Assembly: GCA_018062585.1 (NCBI GenBank)
Contig: JAGORY010000001.1
Coordinates: 1-63,164 of the forward strand
Direction: 5' to 3'
DNA: 63,164 nt
From: Candidatus Peribacteraceae bacterium
GTDB taxonomy: Bacteria > Patescibacteriota > Gracilibacteria > Peribacterales > Peribacteraceae
Under the pieces are notes generated by a model. The model saw only the letters and a program-made list of their open reading frames with translations. It did no database searches and was not told where the DNA came from. Shown here piece after piece: positions 36,201 through 44,813 of the stretch; position 1 is the first letter of the stretch; every line of letters starts with the position of its first letter. The translations under genes were made by a program, and so were the position numbers.

Positions 36201-37913
36201 AAGATTGTCGACGGTGCAGCCGTCACCCGTGCTACCGGTATTGGCATCGCCGTTCGTAATCCAACGGAAACGGAGCCTCGCGGTTGCGGTGAGATACTGA
36301 GCGGGAATATCGACCACGCGCGTCGCCACGGGCGAGAAACCGGCGGGATTCCCGTCGGGGTCGAGGTCGAATTCGTCCCAGCGATAGATCTCGGTGAACG
36401 TCGTACCATCGGCGCTCGCTTCAAGTTTCATGTAATCCGTGTAGGCAGCAACATCGTACTGCGTGTCGCAACGCGTATCGAAGGTCACGTGCGCTGCGCC
36501 GGTCGTACTGAAATCGAACGGACCGACGGTAGCGGTGCCGCTGCCGCTCTGGGCATACGGCAGGTGAGTGGCGTCGCCGTAGAACACCTTTCCTGCGCCG
36601 GACGTCATAGCGCGCGTGCCAGCGAATCCGGTGACGACGAATCCAGCGGGCATTGCGGGTGGAGTGACGCTTTCGAAGTTTTCATCGACCACGGCGATCG
36701 ACGAACTGCCGACGGTCGTCGCGTACAAATTTTCGCCCGGGGCGCCGACGTCGACACTCGTGAGACCGACGTTGGAGAACCACGAGAGTTCGTCATTCTG
36801 GTCGGTGGATGCGACCGAAATAATGTTTGAGAGCGTGTACGATGCCGGATAGGACGGGGAGGAATCATTGTTCAGTGAAGAGTTTCCGGCTGCGGCGACG
36901 AAAAGTCCGCCGGCCGCGCGAAATCGGTCGATGGCATCGCTCTCGGAAAGCGAGAAGAAAGAACCACCGTAACTTGCGTTGATGACTTTGGCATTATTCT
37001 GGATTGCGAAATCGATGGCTTTCACTTCCGAAGCGGTATCGAGACCGAAGCGGAGAGCCATGATCTTCACATTCGGAGCAATGCCGATAACGCCATTGCC
37101 GTTATTCTTCGTCGCTCCAATAACGCCGGCGACAGCAGTGCCATGCCAGTAAGGAAAGTTCGCTTCGTAGACCGGCAGAGGATTCTTGTCATTGTCCGCA
37201 AAGTCGTAACCGTGAATACAGCCGCCAAGTGCAGCACCCGTCTCATCCACACATGACGAACCGTCCCACATGGCGCCGCTCAAGTCTGAGTGCGTGTAGA
37301 GGACACCCGTGTCGATGACAGCGACGATGATCGGAGGAGACGCCTGCTGACCTTCTGACATTGCCCAAGCCTGTGGAGCGTTGATATCGGCTCCGCTCTG
37401 ACTCGAGCTTCCGTTGATAAGTTGGCCAACGTTGTCGAGCGCCCAGAGGCGGTCTTTGTACGTATCGTTCGCATCGATGAATGCAATGTCGCGGATGTAG
37501 TTCGGTTCCGCGTATTCGACATTCGGATCGGCCTTCAGTCTCGCCACCGCCTTCTCCACTGTTTCAGACGTGGCGACTGAGAGCACGCCCATGTTCTGGC
37601 CGGGCACAGCATCTTCGAATGTCATCTTCCTTGCCTTGGCAAAACTGCGAACGGCCTTATTGTCGCCACCCGTGACCGTCACGCCGTTTTTGAATTTCAC
37701 GAGGACTTGTCCGGGCACATATGTCTGACGCTTCACATTTTTCTGCCCTTTGGCAGTGGACGGCGTGGCACCCGTTCCAAGAATGCGGCTGAGGCGTTGC
37801 TCAGCGGCAAACGTTACCGGAGCACCAACCGGCAACAGGGTTGCCTGGAGAAAGGTTACGAGCATCACAGAACTTGTCACACGCCGTACGCGCTTCCAAG
37901 GCAGCACAACCAT
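33234..37913 (-). CDS. giant secreted subtilisin-like (S8) serine protease with three Ig-like (DUF5011-type) repeats and an unknown C-terminal domain
   Basis: Catalytic triad contexts VIDTGV, HGTAVAG and GTSFSSPLTAG. It also has a signal peptide, an I9-like propeptide, 3x ~85-aa repeats (PPVITLLG...DAGATA.D..DGDIT.NIVVTNPV...GTY.V.YNVSDAAGNAA.EV.RTV.V) and a Gly-rich linker. Confidence 0.85.
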   Translation of the reverse strand: MVVLPWKRVRRVTSSVMLVTFLQATLLPVGAPVTFAAEQRLSRILGTGATPSTAKGQKNVKRQTYVPGQVLVKFKNGVTVTGGDNKAVRSFAKARKMTFEDAVPGQNMGVLSVATSETVEKAVARLKADPNVEYAEPNYIRDIAFIDANDTYKDRLWALDNVGQLINGSSSQSGADINAPQAWAMSEGQQASPPIIVAVIDTGVLYTHSDLSGAMWDGSSCVDETGAALGGCIHGYDFADNDKNPLPVYEANFPYWHGTAVAGVIGATKNNGNGVIGIAPNVKIMALRFGLDTASEVKAIDFAIQNNAKVINASYGGSFFSLSESDAIDRFRAAGGLFVAAAGNSSLNNDSSPSYPASYTLSNIISVASTDQNDELSWFSNVGLTSVDVGAPGENLYATTVGSSSIAVVDENFESVTPPAMPAGFVVTGFAGTRAMTSGAGKVFYGDATHLPYAQSGSGTATVGPFDFSTTGAAHVTFDTRCDTQYDVAAYTDYMKLEASADGTTFTEIYRWDEFDLDPDGNPAGFSPVATRVVDIPAQYLTATARLRFRWITNGDANTGSTGDGCTVDNLVITKDALGGEGYSFVDGTSFSSPLTAGLAGLIMGYKPALTASEVKSVILASGDPLPSLATKTVTGKRINAEKALQMVTTASAGSLSVVRDTTPVRSRQLLGGTLEDSAMRLEFRAEGEDADVTWLVLTASGANAANFGWSVDRLELYDVGSATPFAHATIGGCGSDIVPPNSMCARMFGGQFIVSAGTTKDLIVHPRMRTDTDGAVSGHEFGFTIDPTPSASSGSLHARGVTSSNQFVFSDMDGTAEGEIMIGTQSLSAANVRINSLRNHVVLSQISSMTNASPDPHGTAIPTGVARAIGQFAFTTSAAMNFKNGSNKFALSGVIFNVQATNVQLGSGDNTSAGSSTFRLYNKDNPTVKAPCTAAATQESLLGQTGLLVVTCVTAGTSVNTEIDPGSDATFVLEADVVNSQISNTQSSLLQVSFTNFSSIDQSEFSPASSHISWMDKDSGSTSVKFGWIEYPETVVNSTAYGQSEASPDTVAPVIVLIGTDPVNITVGSVYVDAGATASDGVDGDITENIVVTNPVDTATIGTYIVHYNVSDAAGNAAIEVTRTVNVLAADMDIVPPVITLLGSTPVTVFVTTPYTDAGATASDNVDGDITANIVVTNPVDANVIGTYTVRYNVSDAAGNAATEVTRTVEVVESEPVPDTTPPVITLLGNLTVILNVGDIYVDAGATALDDSDGDITQNIVVTNPVNTGVAGTYLVRFNVSDAAGNAALEVARTVSVNAPEGSTGGDGGGSGGEPGPEETPSENGNTNRSPDPVQSNGGHRGHNTNVLFGKVIFIAKQNGLTGDIPPAAFGGAEVPLTSVEKQYICSMQRALPTPVLPGMIELVAAEMSGYIGRDAAYISEQMKSSTLCEEINISLRPRVEPLKVAVLPSFPVDKDGVPISTNPFWNMCIREAPMTFADLAKNPEVDSRGRHYSCDHYHRSEYGWRHPDLDMLFTWNPKTKQLRLPNGYKAEKSDQDLGYDPDLLIGALPKKEEEVQS
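34016..34768 (-). repeat. three tandem ~250-nt coding repeats (Ig-like modules of the S8 protease)
   Basis: Repeated protein modules are visible in the translation, with corresponding DNA similarity. Confidence 0.7.
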
Positions 37914-37944
37914 ACAAAGACGGGGGAGTTAGATAAAAGGGGGA

Positions 37945-37973
37945 TATTAAAACATTAATGACTTATAATGTCA
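37945..37973 (-). promoter_or_regulatory. candidate promoter TTGACA-17-TTTAAT for the S8 protease gene
   Basis: Reverse complement of 37968-37973 is TTGACA; reverse complement of 37945-37950 is TTTAAT. The leader is ~31 nt. Confidence 0.4.
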
Positions 37974-38030
37974 ATAACCCTTTCCTTGACGATTCTGGAC
38001 CTGCTGAAAGCATTATCCAAGCACTTTCTG

Positions 38031-38324
38031 CTATTTCTTGCGTTTGGACATATCCGTAACTTTCACGATGCGACCGGCACTGTCGAAGGTGATCCACTCC
38101 CCTGTCTGAGCTCCTTTTTTGAAGGAGCCTGAGCGCATCTTCGTGCCGTTTTTTCGAAACCATTCCCACGAACCTTCCATGACGCCGTTCACCATCGAAC
38201 CCTTTGCCCAGATGCTGCCGTCCTTGTGATACTTGATGTATTTCGCCATGCGCACATCGTAATTCTTCCTACGGAAAGCGACAATCACAGGACGATTTTC
38301 TGCTATCATGCGCGATATGAACAT
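38031..38324 (-). CDS. MORN-variant repeat protein (YwqK-like)
   Basis: YHKDGSIWAKGSMVNGVMEGSWEWFRKNGTKMRSGSFKKGAQTGEWITFD. The ORF-track start at 38336 is GTG; ATG options are at 38324 and 38309. Confidence 0.6.
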   Translation of the reverse strand: MFISRMIAENRPVIVAFRRKNYDVRMAKYIKYHKDGSIWAKGSMVNGVMEGSWEWFRKNGTKMRSGSFKKGAQTGEWITFDSAGRIVKVTDMSKRKK

Positions 38325-38536
38325 GTTCAAACCCACAAAGGCGACGAGCGTGAAAGAATATTTGGAAGCACTGCCATCCGAGCGACGCGAACGATCTTGG
38401 CAGAGTGAATGTCGGAAAAAACTGCATCCGTTTCAAGAAGCTTGAGGACCTGAATCTCATCGTCCTTAAAAAAGTTCTAAAACTGGCGGCCAAGAATCCA
38501 GGGCTCAGCGGAGTCGGAAAAGACAAGAAGAAGTAA
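38323..38536 (+). pseudogene. remnant of a DUF1801/YdhG-like gene (internal deletion plus frameshift)
   Basis: N-terminal piece MFKPTKATSVKEYLEALPSERRE, then a frame change, then C-terminal piece VGKNCIRFKKLEDLNLIVLKKVLKLAAKN. The middle of the domain is missing. Confidence 0.45.
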
Positions 38537-38595
38537 AGCTATCTACGACAGAATGTCTCTCCTCGGCCGTCTGTACAATGTTACAATCTTCGCCT

Positions 38596-39501
38596 ATGCA
38601 AAAAATCGTCCCACATCTCTGGTTCAACACGCAAGCGGTGGAAGCAGCAAAGTTTTACACCGAAGTCTTTGGCAAAGGCTCGAAGATCACGTACACGTCC
38701 GTCATTAAAGATACTCCGTCTGGAGATTGCGATATCGTGTCATTTGATCTTCAAGGATATTCGTTCCTCGGAATCAGCGCCGGACCGCACTTCAAGCTCA
38801 ACCCGTCGGTATCGTTCATGGTGAATTTTGATCCATCGACGGATTCGAACGCACGCAAGAACTTAGACGCGCTCTGGGAAAAACTGTCGGACGGCGGCAC
38901 ACCACTCATGCCGCTCGACACGTATCCGTTCAGCGAACGCTACGGCTGGATTCAGGACAAATTCGGCGTTTCTTGGCAACTGATCCTGACGAAGCCCGAA
39001 GGCGAGCCCAGGCCGTTCATTATTCCGTCGATCATGTTCACCGGCGATAACACGGGTAATGCGGAAGAAGCCATCGATTTCTGGGTTTCTGTATTCAAAG
39101 ATTCCAAGCGCGGCTTGACCGCTCCCTACCCCGAAGGCGCGGCGCCGGAAAAGGCCGCCAAAATCATGTTCGCCGAATTCATGCTGGAAGGGCAATGGTT
39201 TACGGCGATGGACAGCGGCCATATGCATAAGTTCGGCTTCAGCGAAGCAATTTCTCTGCTCGTGCAGTGCAAAGATCAGAACGACATCGACTATTACTGG
39301 AACGCTCTCTCCGCAGTTCCCGAGGCAGAGCAATGCGGATGGCTGAAAGACAAATTCGGCCTGTCGTGGCAGGTGTCGGCTGCTACTATGAACGAGATGT
39401 TGCAGAGTGATGAACAAACGATCGCCCGTGTCATGGATGCATTCATGCCGATGAAGAAGGTCGACCTCGCAAAACTAAAGAAGGCGTATAAGGGGAAATA
39501 A
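38596..39501 (+). CDS. tandem VOC/glyoxalase-fold protein (PhnB / 3-demethylubiquinone-9 3-methyltransferase-like domains x2)
   Basis: MQKIVPHLWFNTQAVEAAKFY...YGWIQDKFGVSWQL, repeated as CGWLKDKFGLSWQV. Confidence 0.75.
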   Translation: MQKIVPHLWFNTQAVEAAKFYTEVFGKGSKITYTSVIKDTPSGDCDIVSFDLQGYSFLGISAGPHFKLNPSVSFMVNFDPSTDSNARKNLDALWEKLSDGGTPLMPLDTYPFSERYGWIQDKFGVSWQLILTKPEGEPRPFIIPSIMFTGDNTGNAEEAIDFWVSVFKDSKRGLTAPYPEGAAPEKAAKIMFAEFMLEGQWFTAMDSGHMHKFGFSEAISLLVQCKDQNDIDYYWNALSAVPEAEQCGWLKDKFGLSWQVSAATMNEMLQSDEQTIARVMDAFMPMKKVDLAKLKKAYKGK

Positions 39502-39635
39502 GACTGCGAAACCACTTCATTTCAGTCATTCCATAATCCTTTCCGCTTCACGATGTTCTTGTAGTCCCACTAAAGGTCTTGGACACCCAGAATTTCTGCG
39601 TCATGCCCTCTGTCATTTAGCGCTAAGGTATAACC

Positions 39636-40157
39636 ATGAAAGCCGCGCCTCCAAAACCACGCATTGTCCACGTGAAGGATACGATGCAGACCGCGACATA
39701 TGCGCTGACTGAACCGATGGGCAAGAACTTCGACCAGCGCTTTACGCCCGACCTGACGCCGAAAGAGATGCTGACACTCGGTGTCTTCGGAGGAAAGTAC
39801 ATGACCGACTGTCGTAAAGAGTTTCCGAGTGACTGGTTCACTGACGCCAAGCTTTGCCACGAAAAACATGACCCCTCGCTCAACTGCTTCGGCGTAAATG
39901 CAAGCCAGCCGCTCTCGGTCTGGCGGAAAAAAGGTTGGATCCACCCCGCAGATCCGCGCGGATGGTTTCAGTGGTACTGCCGCTACTTTATGGGCCGCCG
40001 CATGCCGAAAGAAGACGATAGGCAGATCCGCCGCTGGCTCGCCATCCGTCGCCACGTCTCGCAGATCCTCAAAAACTGCGAGCGAGGAAATCTGCAATGC
40101 AGGAAGAAGCAGAGGCAGGCAGTCTTGCACTGGGCCTATGACGCGCGGAAGTTGTAG
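39636..40157 (+). CDS. conserved-looking hypothetical protein
   Basis: 173 aa with W/R-rich runs GWIHPADPRGWFQWYCRYFMGRR. The family is not recognised. It is preferred over the overlapping minus-strand ORF. Confidence 0.5.
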   Translation: MKAAPPKPRIVHVKDTMQTATYALTEPMGKNFDQRFTPDLTPKEMLTLGVFGGKYMTDCRKEFPSDWFTDAKLCHEKHDPSLNCFGVNASQPLSVWRKKGWIHPADPRGWFQWYCRYFMGRRMPKEDDRQIRRWLAIRRHVSQILKNCERGNLQCRKKQRQAVLHWAYDARKL

Positions 40158-40254
40158 TCGCAATGTGGGCGCTTCATATCCGCAAAATCTTCTCCATTTC
40201 GCAGATCTGTTTTGAATTGGCTTTTGATAAAAAATATGCAAAAGTCCTTTCCCT

Positions 40255-40599
40255 ATGGTCGAATCTTACCGTAATCCAAGCAGCATCGCTCAATTGAATC
40301 TGATGCAATTCCAAGAACGATTACATGCGCTCGAAGCAAATCCAAAAAAGGCCGACCCTGAAGAGTTGCTCATCTATCGAACTGTTAAGTCTCTGATGCA
40401 ACGTAGTGGATACCTGTATGAACAATTACAAGTGCTCGATGGGGAGAGTTTGACAATTCTTTCGCATGCAGAATTCCATTTGAGCGGGGTTATAGGTGTT
40501 ATGCAGAATGACATTACTCAGGGTGCACGCGATCTATTTACAAAAAAGAATGCAGATACAATTCAGGCTATTCGTCAGGGTGCACATGAGGCTCAATAA
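40255..40599 (+). CDS. hypothetical protein (AT-rich patch)
   Basis: A 114-aa ORF with no motif recognised. Confidence 0.4.
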   Translation: MVESYRNPSSIAQLNLMQFQERLHALEANPKKADPEELLIYRTVKSLMQRSGYLYEQLQVLDGESLTILSHAEFHLSGVIGVMQNDITQGARDLFTKKNADTIQAIRQGAHEAQ

Positions 40600-40688
40600 A
40601 GATTCAAATGAAACATTCAATGTCACTCATGTAGAGAATGCATCGATGCATCAATAATTAGGTCTGGCCTTGCTGCGGCTAGATAATG

Positions 40689-41489
40689 CTATATCTCCCG
40701 AATATTCTCAGACAAGGAAATGACGCGTTCAAGCTGTGCAATCGTGCTGCGCATCAACATGATGTAGATGGAATGTTGCTGTTGTTTTGCAGCACGTAGG
40801 ACATCTGCAGCTTGTGCGATACTATTCCCGTTGATTTCTCCATCACTGCCGCCTTGGGGCAAATGTGTAAGCGGTACTGCATTTCTCTCATGCCAGTAGC
40901 GTCTGCTGCGATCAGTTGTTATCCATGTAATACCGACATAGACCTGTTCAGGTTGCAGGGCATCCTTCGTATGTAGCGCGATATCTTCCAGGAGAGAAGG
41001 GTGGAAAATCGGCTGTGTGAAGACGCTCTGGGCTGTTGTACCTAAAAATGGTTTCTTTTGCTGCCAGCGCCCCCACTGTGGCTGATAGATGTCTGCTGCA
41101 ACGCCAAGGGGTAGAGGGGGGTGGTCGCTGCATGCGGCAAGGACATCATGTGCATGCGTGCAACGTCCTTGCTCCTGCAGCGTTGGATCACCTGTGACGA
41201 GCAGTGCGATTGCAACATTATATCGTGCAATCAATTGCAAACGGTCCAAGGTTTCTTCTGCGGAATGCTCACGCGTACGCAGATGCAGAACAAGTTTCTT
41301 CTCTTCGGAGATTGCACCGTTCGATTTCAGCTTGAGTAGATCTTCCGGCCGAAGAAACGACTGATTGCCCGTAACAATCTCTGGAATGTTGTACCCGTCA
41401 AACGGTATGCCCGACGCCTCCAGCTCCGCCATGGACTGGCGGAGGGAAGCGTCGCATCGTGGCACGAGTTCGATGAATGTTTCAGGCAT
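40689..41489 (-). CDS. metF: methylenetetrahydrofolate reductase-like protein
   Basis: FIELVPR...HLRTREHSAEE...IALLVTGDP follows the layout of the MTHFR family. ATG 41489 lies 2 nt after the metE stop (41482-41484); the ORF-track start at 41528 is TTG. Confidence 0.6.
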   Translation of the reverse strand: MPETFIELVPRCDASLRQSMAELEASGIPFDGYNIPEIVTGNQSFLRPEDLLKLKSNGAISEEKKLVLHLRTREHSAEETLDRLQLIARYNVAIALLVTGDPTLQEQGRCTHAHDVLAACSDHPPLPLGVAADIYQPQWGRWQQKKPFLGTTAQSVFTQPIFHPSLLEDIALHTKDALQPEQVYVGITWITTDRSRRYWHERNAVPLTHLPQGGSDGEINGNSIAQAADVLRAAKQQQHSIYIMLMRSTIAQLERVISLSENIREI

Positions 41490-43812
41490 CGGTCGAGGCG
41501 GAAGAGCGGACAATGTGAGCTGCCGCAACGAGGTGCTTCAGCGATTCCCACACCTGTTCCGGCGTGCGAGTTTTCAGACCGCAGTCCGGATTGATCCACA
41601 GACGTTCATCCGGCACGTGCTTCCGTGCGACGGCTATCAGTTCCGTCAGTTCCTCGATGGACGGTACTCGGGGAGAATGGATATCCCATACGCCGGGCCC
41701 GATGTCACAGGGAGACTCCTGCCCATCCAATGCGTTCAGAAACGCAAGGCGCGATCGAGCCGCTTCGATGGAAATGACATCAATGTCCAGATCACGCAGG
41801 ACCGGCAGGATGTCCCGCACATCGCCATAACATGTATGTGTGTGGATTTGTGTCTCGGGTTTTGTCTGATTCACGGTCAGCCGAAATGCGTCCGCCGTCC
41901 ACCGGAGATAATCGTCGCGGCCGTCGGTGCGCAGCGGCAAACCCTCGCGCAAAGCGGGTTCGTCGATCTGAATGACGCGGATCCCGGCTGCTTCCAGTTC
42001 CTGCACCTCCTTACGGATCGCGAGTGCGATCTGTCTGCAAGTCTCTTTTTCCGGCACATCATCGCGTACGAAACTCCAATTCAGGATGGTGACCGGACCG
42101 GTGAGCATACCCTTCACAGGCTTGTCCGTAATGGATTGCGCATAAGCCGACCACTCCACCGTGATCGGCTTGGGGCGGGACACATCACCGTAGATGATCG
42201 GCGGTCGCACATACCGTGAACCGAAACTCTGCACCCATCCGTGTTCGCTGCACGCTACGCCGTCCAGCTGCTCCGCGAAGTACTGCACCATGTCATTGCG
42301 CTCCGCTTCGCCATGGACAAGGACATCCAGCCCCGTTTCCTCCTGCTTCCGCACAACGCCAGCTATTTCTTCCTTCAAGAATCCTTCGTACTCCGCGTCG
42401 CTGATCTGTCCCTTGCGGTGTTTGGCACGCGCGGCGCGAATAGTTCCGGTCTGCGGGAATGATCCGATGCTCGTCGTGGGGAAAAGCGGCAGATCCAGTG
42501 CTTGAGACTGCGCCCTCTGCCGCTCAGCGAGGGGCTGGCGATACGAAACGCCCTCTTGTTCGATTGCCGCCGTTTCCTGTCGTACGACTGCATCGTGAAC
42601 AAGAGGATGATTCCGCCGTGTCCGCAGTTCTTCCGATCGGCGGGTGGCAGATACAATGGCATCCGCATCATCGTCAAGCGCATCTCTGAGCGTGATCACT
42701 TCCTGCAGCTTCTCACGGGCAAACGCGAGCCACGAACGCACGTCCGGCGACAACGATTTTTCGCGCTCCACCGAATGCGGAACATGCAGCAGAGAACTGG
42801 AAGGCGAAATGATGACTCTATCTTCACCGAGCGTTCGTTTGGCATGGCGCAACAGTTCCAGCGACTGTTGCAGATCGTTTTTCCAAATATTTCTGCCGTC
42901 GACCGCGCCTATTGAGAGAGACTTGTCCGACGGTGCCTTTGCGACGGCGGCGGCGGTTTCGGCACAAGCTTCAACCGCATCGAGATGAACGGCATCGACG
43001 GGCAACGCGAGAGCCAAATCCTGATTGTCACGAAGTTCTCCGAAGTACGTGCCGAGGAGCAATTTCAGGTCGCCAGCGTCGTGTCGCAGGAATTCGTAGG
43101 CATCTGCAAACGCCTGCCGCTCTCGCGGCTGAAGATCCAGCGCCAGTGTCGGTTCATCCAATTGGACCCATTCTGCTCCCTGGGTGCGCAGTTTTTGCAG
43201 CACTTCTCCGTACACGGGCAACAATCGCTGCAAGAGCTCCAGCCGGTCGAATTTTTCCCCCTCGCAGTCGCCGAGCAGCAGATAGGAAACGGGGCCAAGC
43301 AACACTGGCTTCGTCCGAATATCGTTTTCCAACGCTTCCGCGAATTCACCGAAAGGCTTTTCGGAAGACAGACGGAACTTCTGATCTTTCCTAAACTCGG
43401 GTACGAGGTAGTGATAATTCGTGTCAAACCATTTACGCAGGCTTTGAGCGATCACCCCCGTCACCGCGCCATGCGTGCCGCAGCAAATATGTTCGGGGGA
43501 GTTCTGGCCTCGTGCGAGCGCGAAATAGGTATCAAGTGACACCTGGTCTCCGTTTTCACCGAAGCGCTCGGGTATCGCTCCCACGAGACAGCTGGTATCC
43601 AGCACATGGTCGTAGAGACTGAAATCGTTACTGGGGATCAGATCGATTCCTGCGTCCTTTTGCAGCCGCCAGTTTTTTTGCCGTATGGCGCGTGCGACTG
43701 TTTCCAGTTCTTCCGGCGAGCGCTTGCCGGACCAGTACCCTTCTAGGGCGAATTTGAGTTCACGGTCTTCCCCGATGCGGGGGTAGCCGAGGTTCGATGT
43801 AAGCGCGGGCAT
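41482..43812 (-). CDS. metE: cobalamin-independent methionine synthase (5-methyltetrahydropteroyltriglutamate--homocysteine methyltransferase)
   Basis: 776 aa. The N-terminus is LGYPRIGEDRELKFALEGYW and the protein has a duplicated (beta-alpha)8 architecture. The C-terminal Zn site context is HTHTCYG...PDCGLK. Confidence 0.95.
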   Translation of the reverse strand: MPALTSNLGYPRIGEDRELKFALEGYWSGKRSPEELETVARAIRQKNWRLQKDAGIDLIPSNDFSLYDHVLDTSCLVGAIPERFGENGDQVSLDTYFALARGQNSPEHICCGTHGAVTGVIAQSLRKWFDTNYHYLVPEFRKDQKFRLSSEKPFGEFAEALENDIRTKPVLLGPVSYLLLGDCEGEKFDRLELLQRLLPVYGEVLQKLRTQGAEWVQLDEPTLALDLQPRERQAFADAYEFLRHDAGDLKLLLGTYFGELRDNQDLALALPVDAVHLDAVEACAETAAAVAKAPSDKSLSIGAVDGRNIWKNDLQQSLELLRHAKRTLGEDRVIISPSSSLLHVPHSVEREKSLSPDVRSWLAFAREKLQEVITLRDALDDDADAIVSATRRSEELRTRRNHPLVHDAVVRQETAAIEQEGVSYRQPLAERQRAQSQALDLPLFPTTSIGSFPQTGTIRAARAKHRKGQISDAEYEGFLKEEIAGVVRKQEETGLDVLVHGEAERNDMVQYFAEQLDGVACSEHGWVQSFGSRYVRPPIIYGDVSRPKPITVEWSAYAQSITDKPVKGMLTGPVTILNWSFVRDDVPEKETCRQIALAIRKEVQELEAAGIRVIQIDEPALREGLPLRTDGRDDYLRWTADAFRLTVNQTKPETQIHTHTCYGDVRDILPVLRDLDIDVISIEAARSRLAFLNALDGQESPCDIGPGVWDIHSPRVPSIEELTELIAVARKHVPDERLWINPDCGLKTRTPEQVWESLKHLVAAAHIVRSSASTDA

Positions 43813-43905
43813 AGGAGTGAGGGAAAATGAAAAAACGTCCTGACCCTATTCATGAAGTACAGGTGTGTAAAATTTTTGATATTTTTTGTACGAAAAATTT
43901 AATAT

Positions 43906-43921
43906 TGTATGAATTCATACA
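43906..43921. promoter_or_regulatory. perfect 16-bp palindrome TGTATGAATTCATACA (candidate operator) in the metE / 43939 divergent spacer
   Basis: It is exactly self-complementary. It overlaps the -35/spacer of the TAGAAT promoter of the 43939 gene. Confidence 0.4.
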
Positions 43922-43926
43922 AAATG

Positions 43927-43932
43927 TAGAAT
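43927..43932 (+). promoter_or_regulatory. -10 hexamer TAGAAT 6 nt upstream of ATG 43939 (leaderless-type)
   Basis: TAGAAT cagatt ATG, with TTGTAT at 43905-43910 as a possible -35. Confidence 0.35.
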
Positions 43933-43938
43933 CAGATT

Positions 43939-44589
43939 ATGATCACAATCTCGCAAGCAGTTGAACAGGCCATCGCCAATTCGCCTTTATACGGTGAGGC
44001 GATGCTTCAAGAGATTGCGAATCACAGTGCGATTGCCCGAAAAATAAAACCAGCAGTCGAGGAAATGCTTTTGGAGTCGGTTACTGAAGGTGCGATCACC
44101 ATCGCACTGAAGCGTTATGCTGAAAGGCTGCGCAAAAATCATACGACAATCACGCGAAATTACTCCGTTCGTCATATGGGAATTCGCAGTGATTTGACCG
44201 CCTTGATATATCAGAACTCGCCGGTTTTACACGCTATTCACCAAAAAATTCTTCCACTGAGTATCAGCGACGATGCTTTTATTCACTTTGCCCAAGGATC
44301 ACGTGAATCATCATTTATTGTTAGTCAGGCATGTTTAGCCACTCTGAAAAAATTAGCTTCAAAAGAAAGAATGGTGGCTGAATACTCGAATTTAACTGCT
44401 ATCAGCGTAAGAATGCCTCCAGAAGTCATGCACGTCACAGGTGTATTTGCTCCGTTAGTTCAGGCATTGGCGTGGCAGAAGATAAGCGTTTATCAAATCG
44501 TTTCATATTTCACGGAAATCACATTCTTAGTATCCGATAAGGACGCTGATCAAGCATTTAACATCATCAAGTCCGTTTCGAAGTTCTAG
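43939..44589 (+). CDS. hypothetical protein with C-terminal ACT-like domain
   Basis: LTAISVRMPPEVMHVTGVFAPLVQALAWQKISVYQIVSYFTEITFLVSDKDADQAFNIIKS resembles aspartokinase-type ACT modules. The N-terminal part is unassigned. Confidence 0.55.
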   Translation: MITISQAVEQAIANSPLYGEAMLQEIANHSAIARKIKPAVEEMLLESVTEGAITIALKRYAERLRKNHTTITRNYSVRHMGIRSDLTALIYQNSPVLHAIHQKILPLSISDDAFIHFAQGSRESSFIVSQACLATLKKLASKERMVAEYSNLTAISVRMPPEVMHVTGVFAPLVQALAWQKISVYQIVSYFTEITFLVSDKDADQAFNIIKSVSKF

Positions 44590-44813
44590 AAAATAATTGG
44601 CTCCCCAACGCGGCTCCTTCTAGCACTGACGACAGTGCATCGAGCACCAAGCATGCTTCCCGAGGCCTTCCCTCTAGGCTATCTAAAAACACATTTCCTC
44701 ATTTCAAGCAATTTCTTACGTTTTGAGTACTTAACTAAACATATTCTCTTTGTAACATAAAATGAACCTGTTAAGATATGTACGAAATACTATTTCTTTT
44801 TCCACTCTTTTCT

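Noticed and set aside
39570-40241. 223-aa minus-strand ORF
   Set aside because: It overlaps the plus-strand 173-aa ORF, whose sequence looks more protein-like (W/R-rich conserved-type motifs). The minus-strand translation is Arg/Leu/Pro-rich with no motif. The confidence in this choice is only moderate.
41365-43539. Several 140-284-aa plus-strand ORFs (41365..42219, 42502..42915, 42912..43394, 42985..43539)
   Set aside because: All are antisense to metE/metF and have no recognisable domains.
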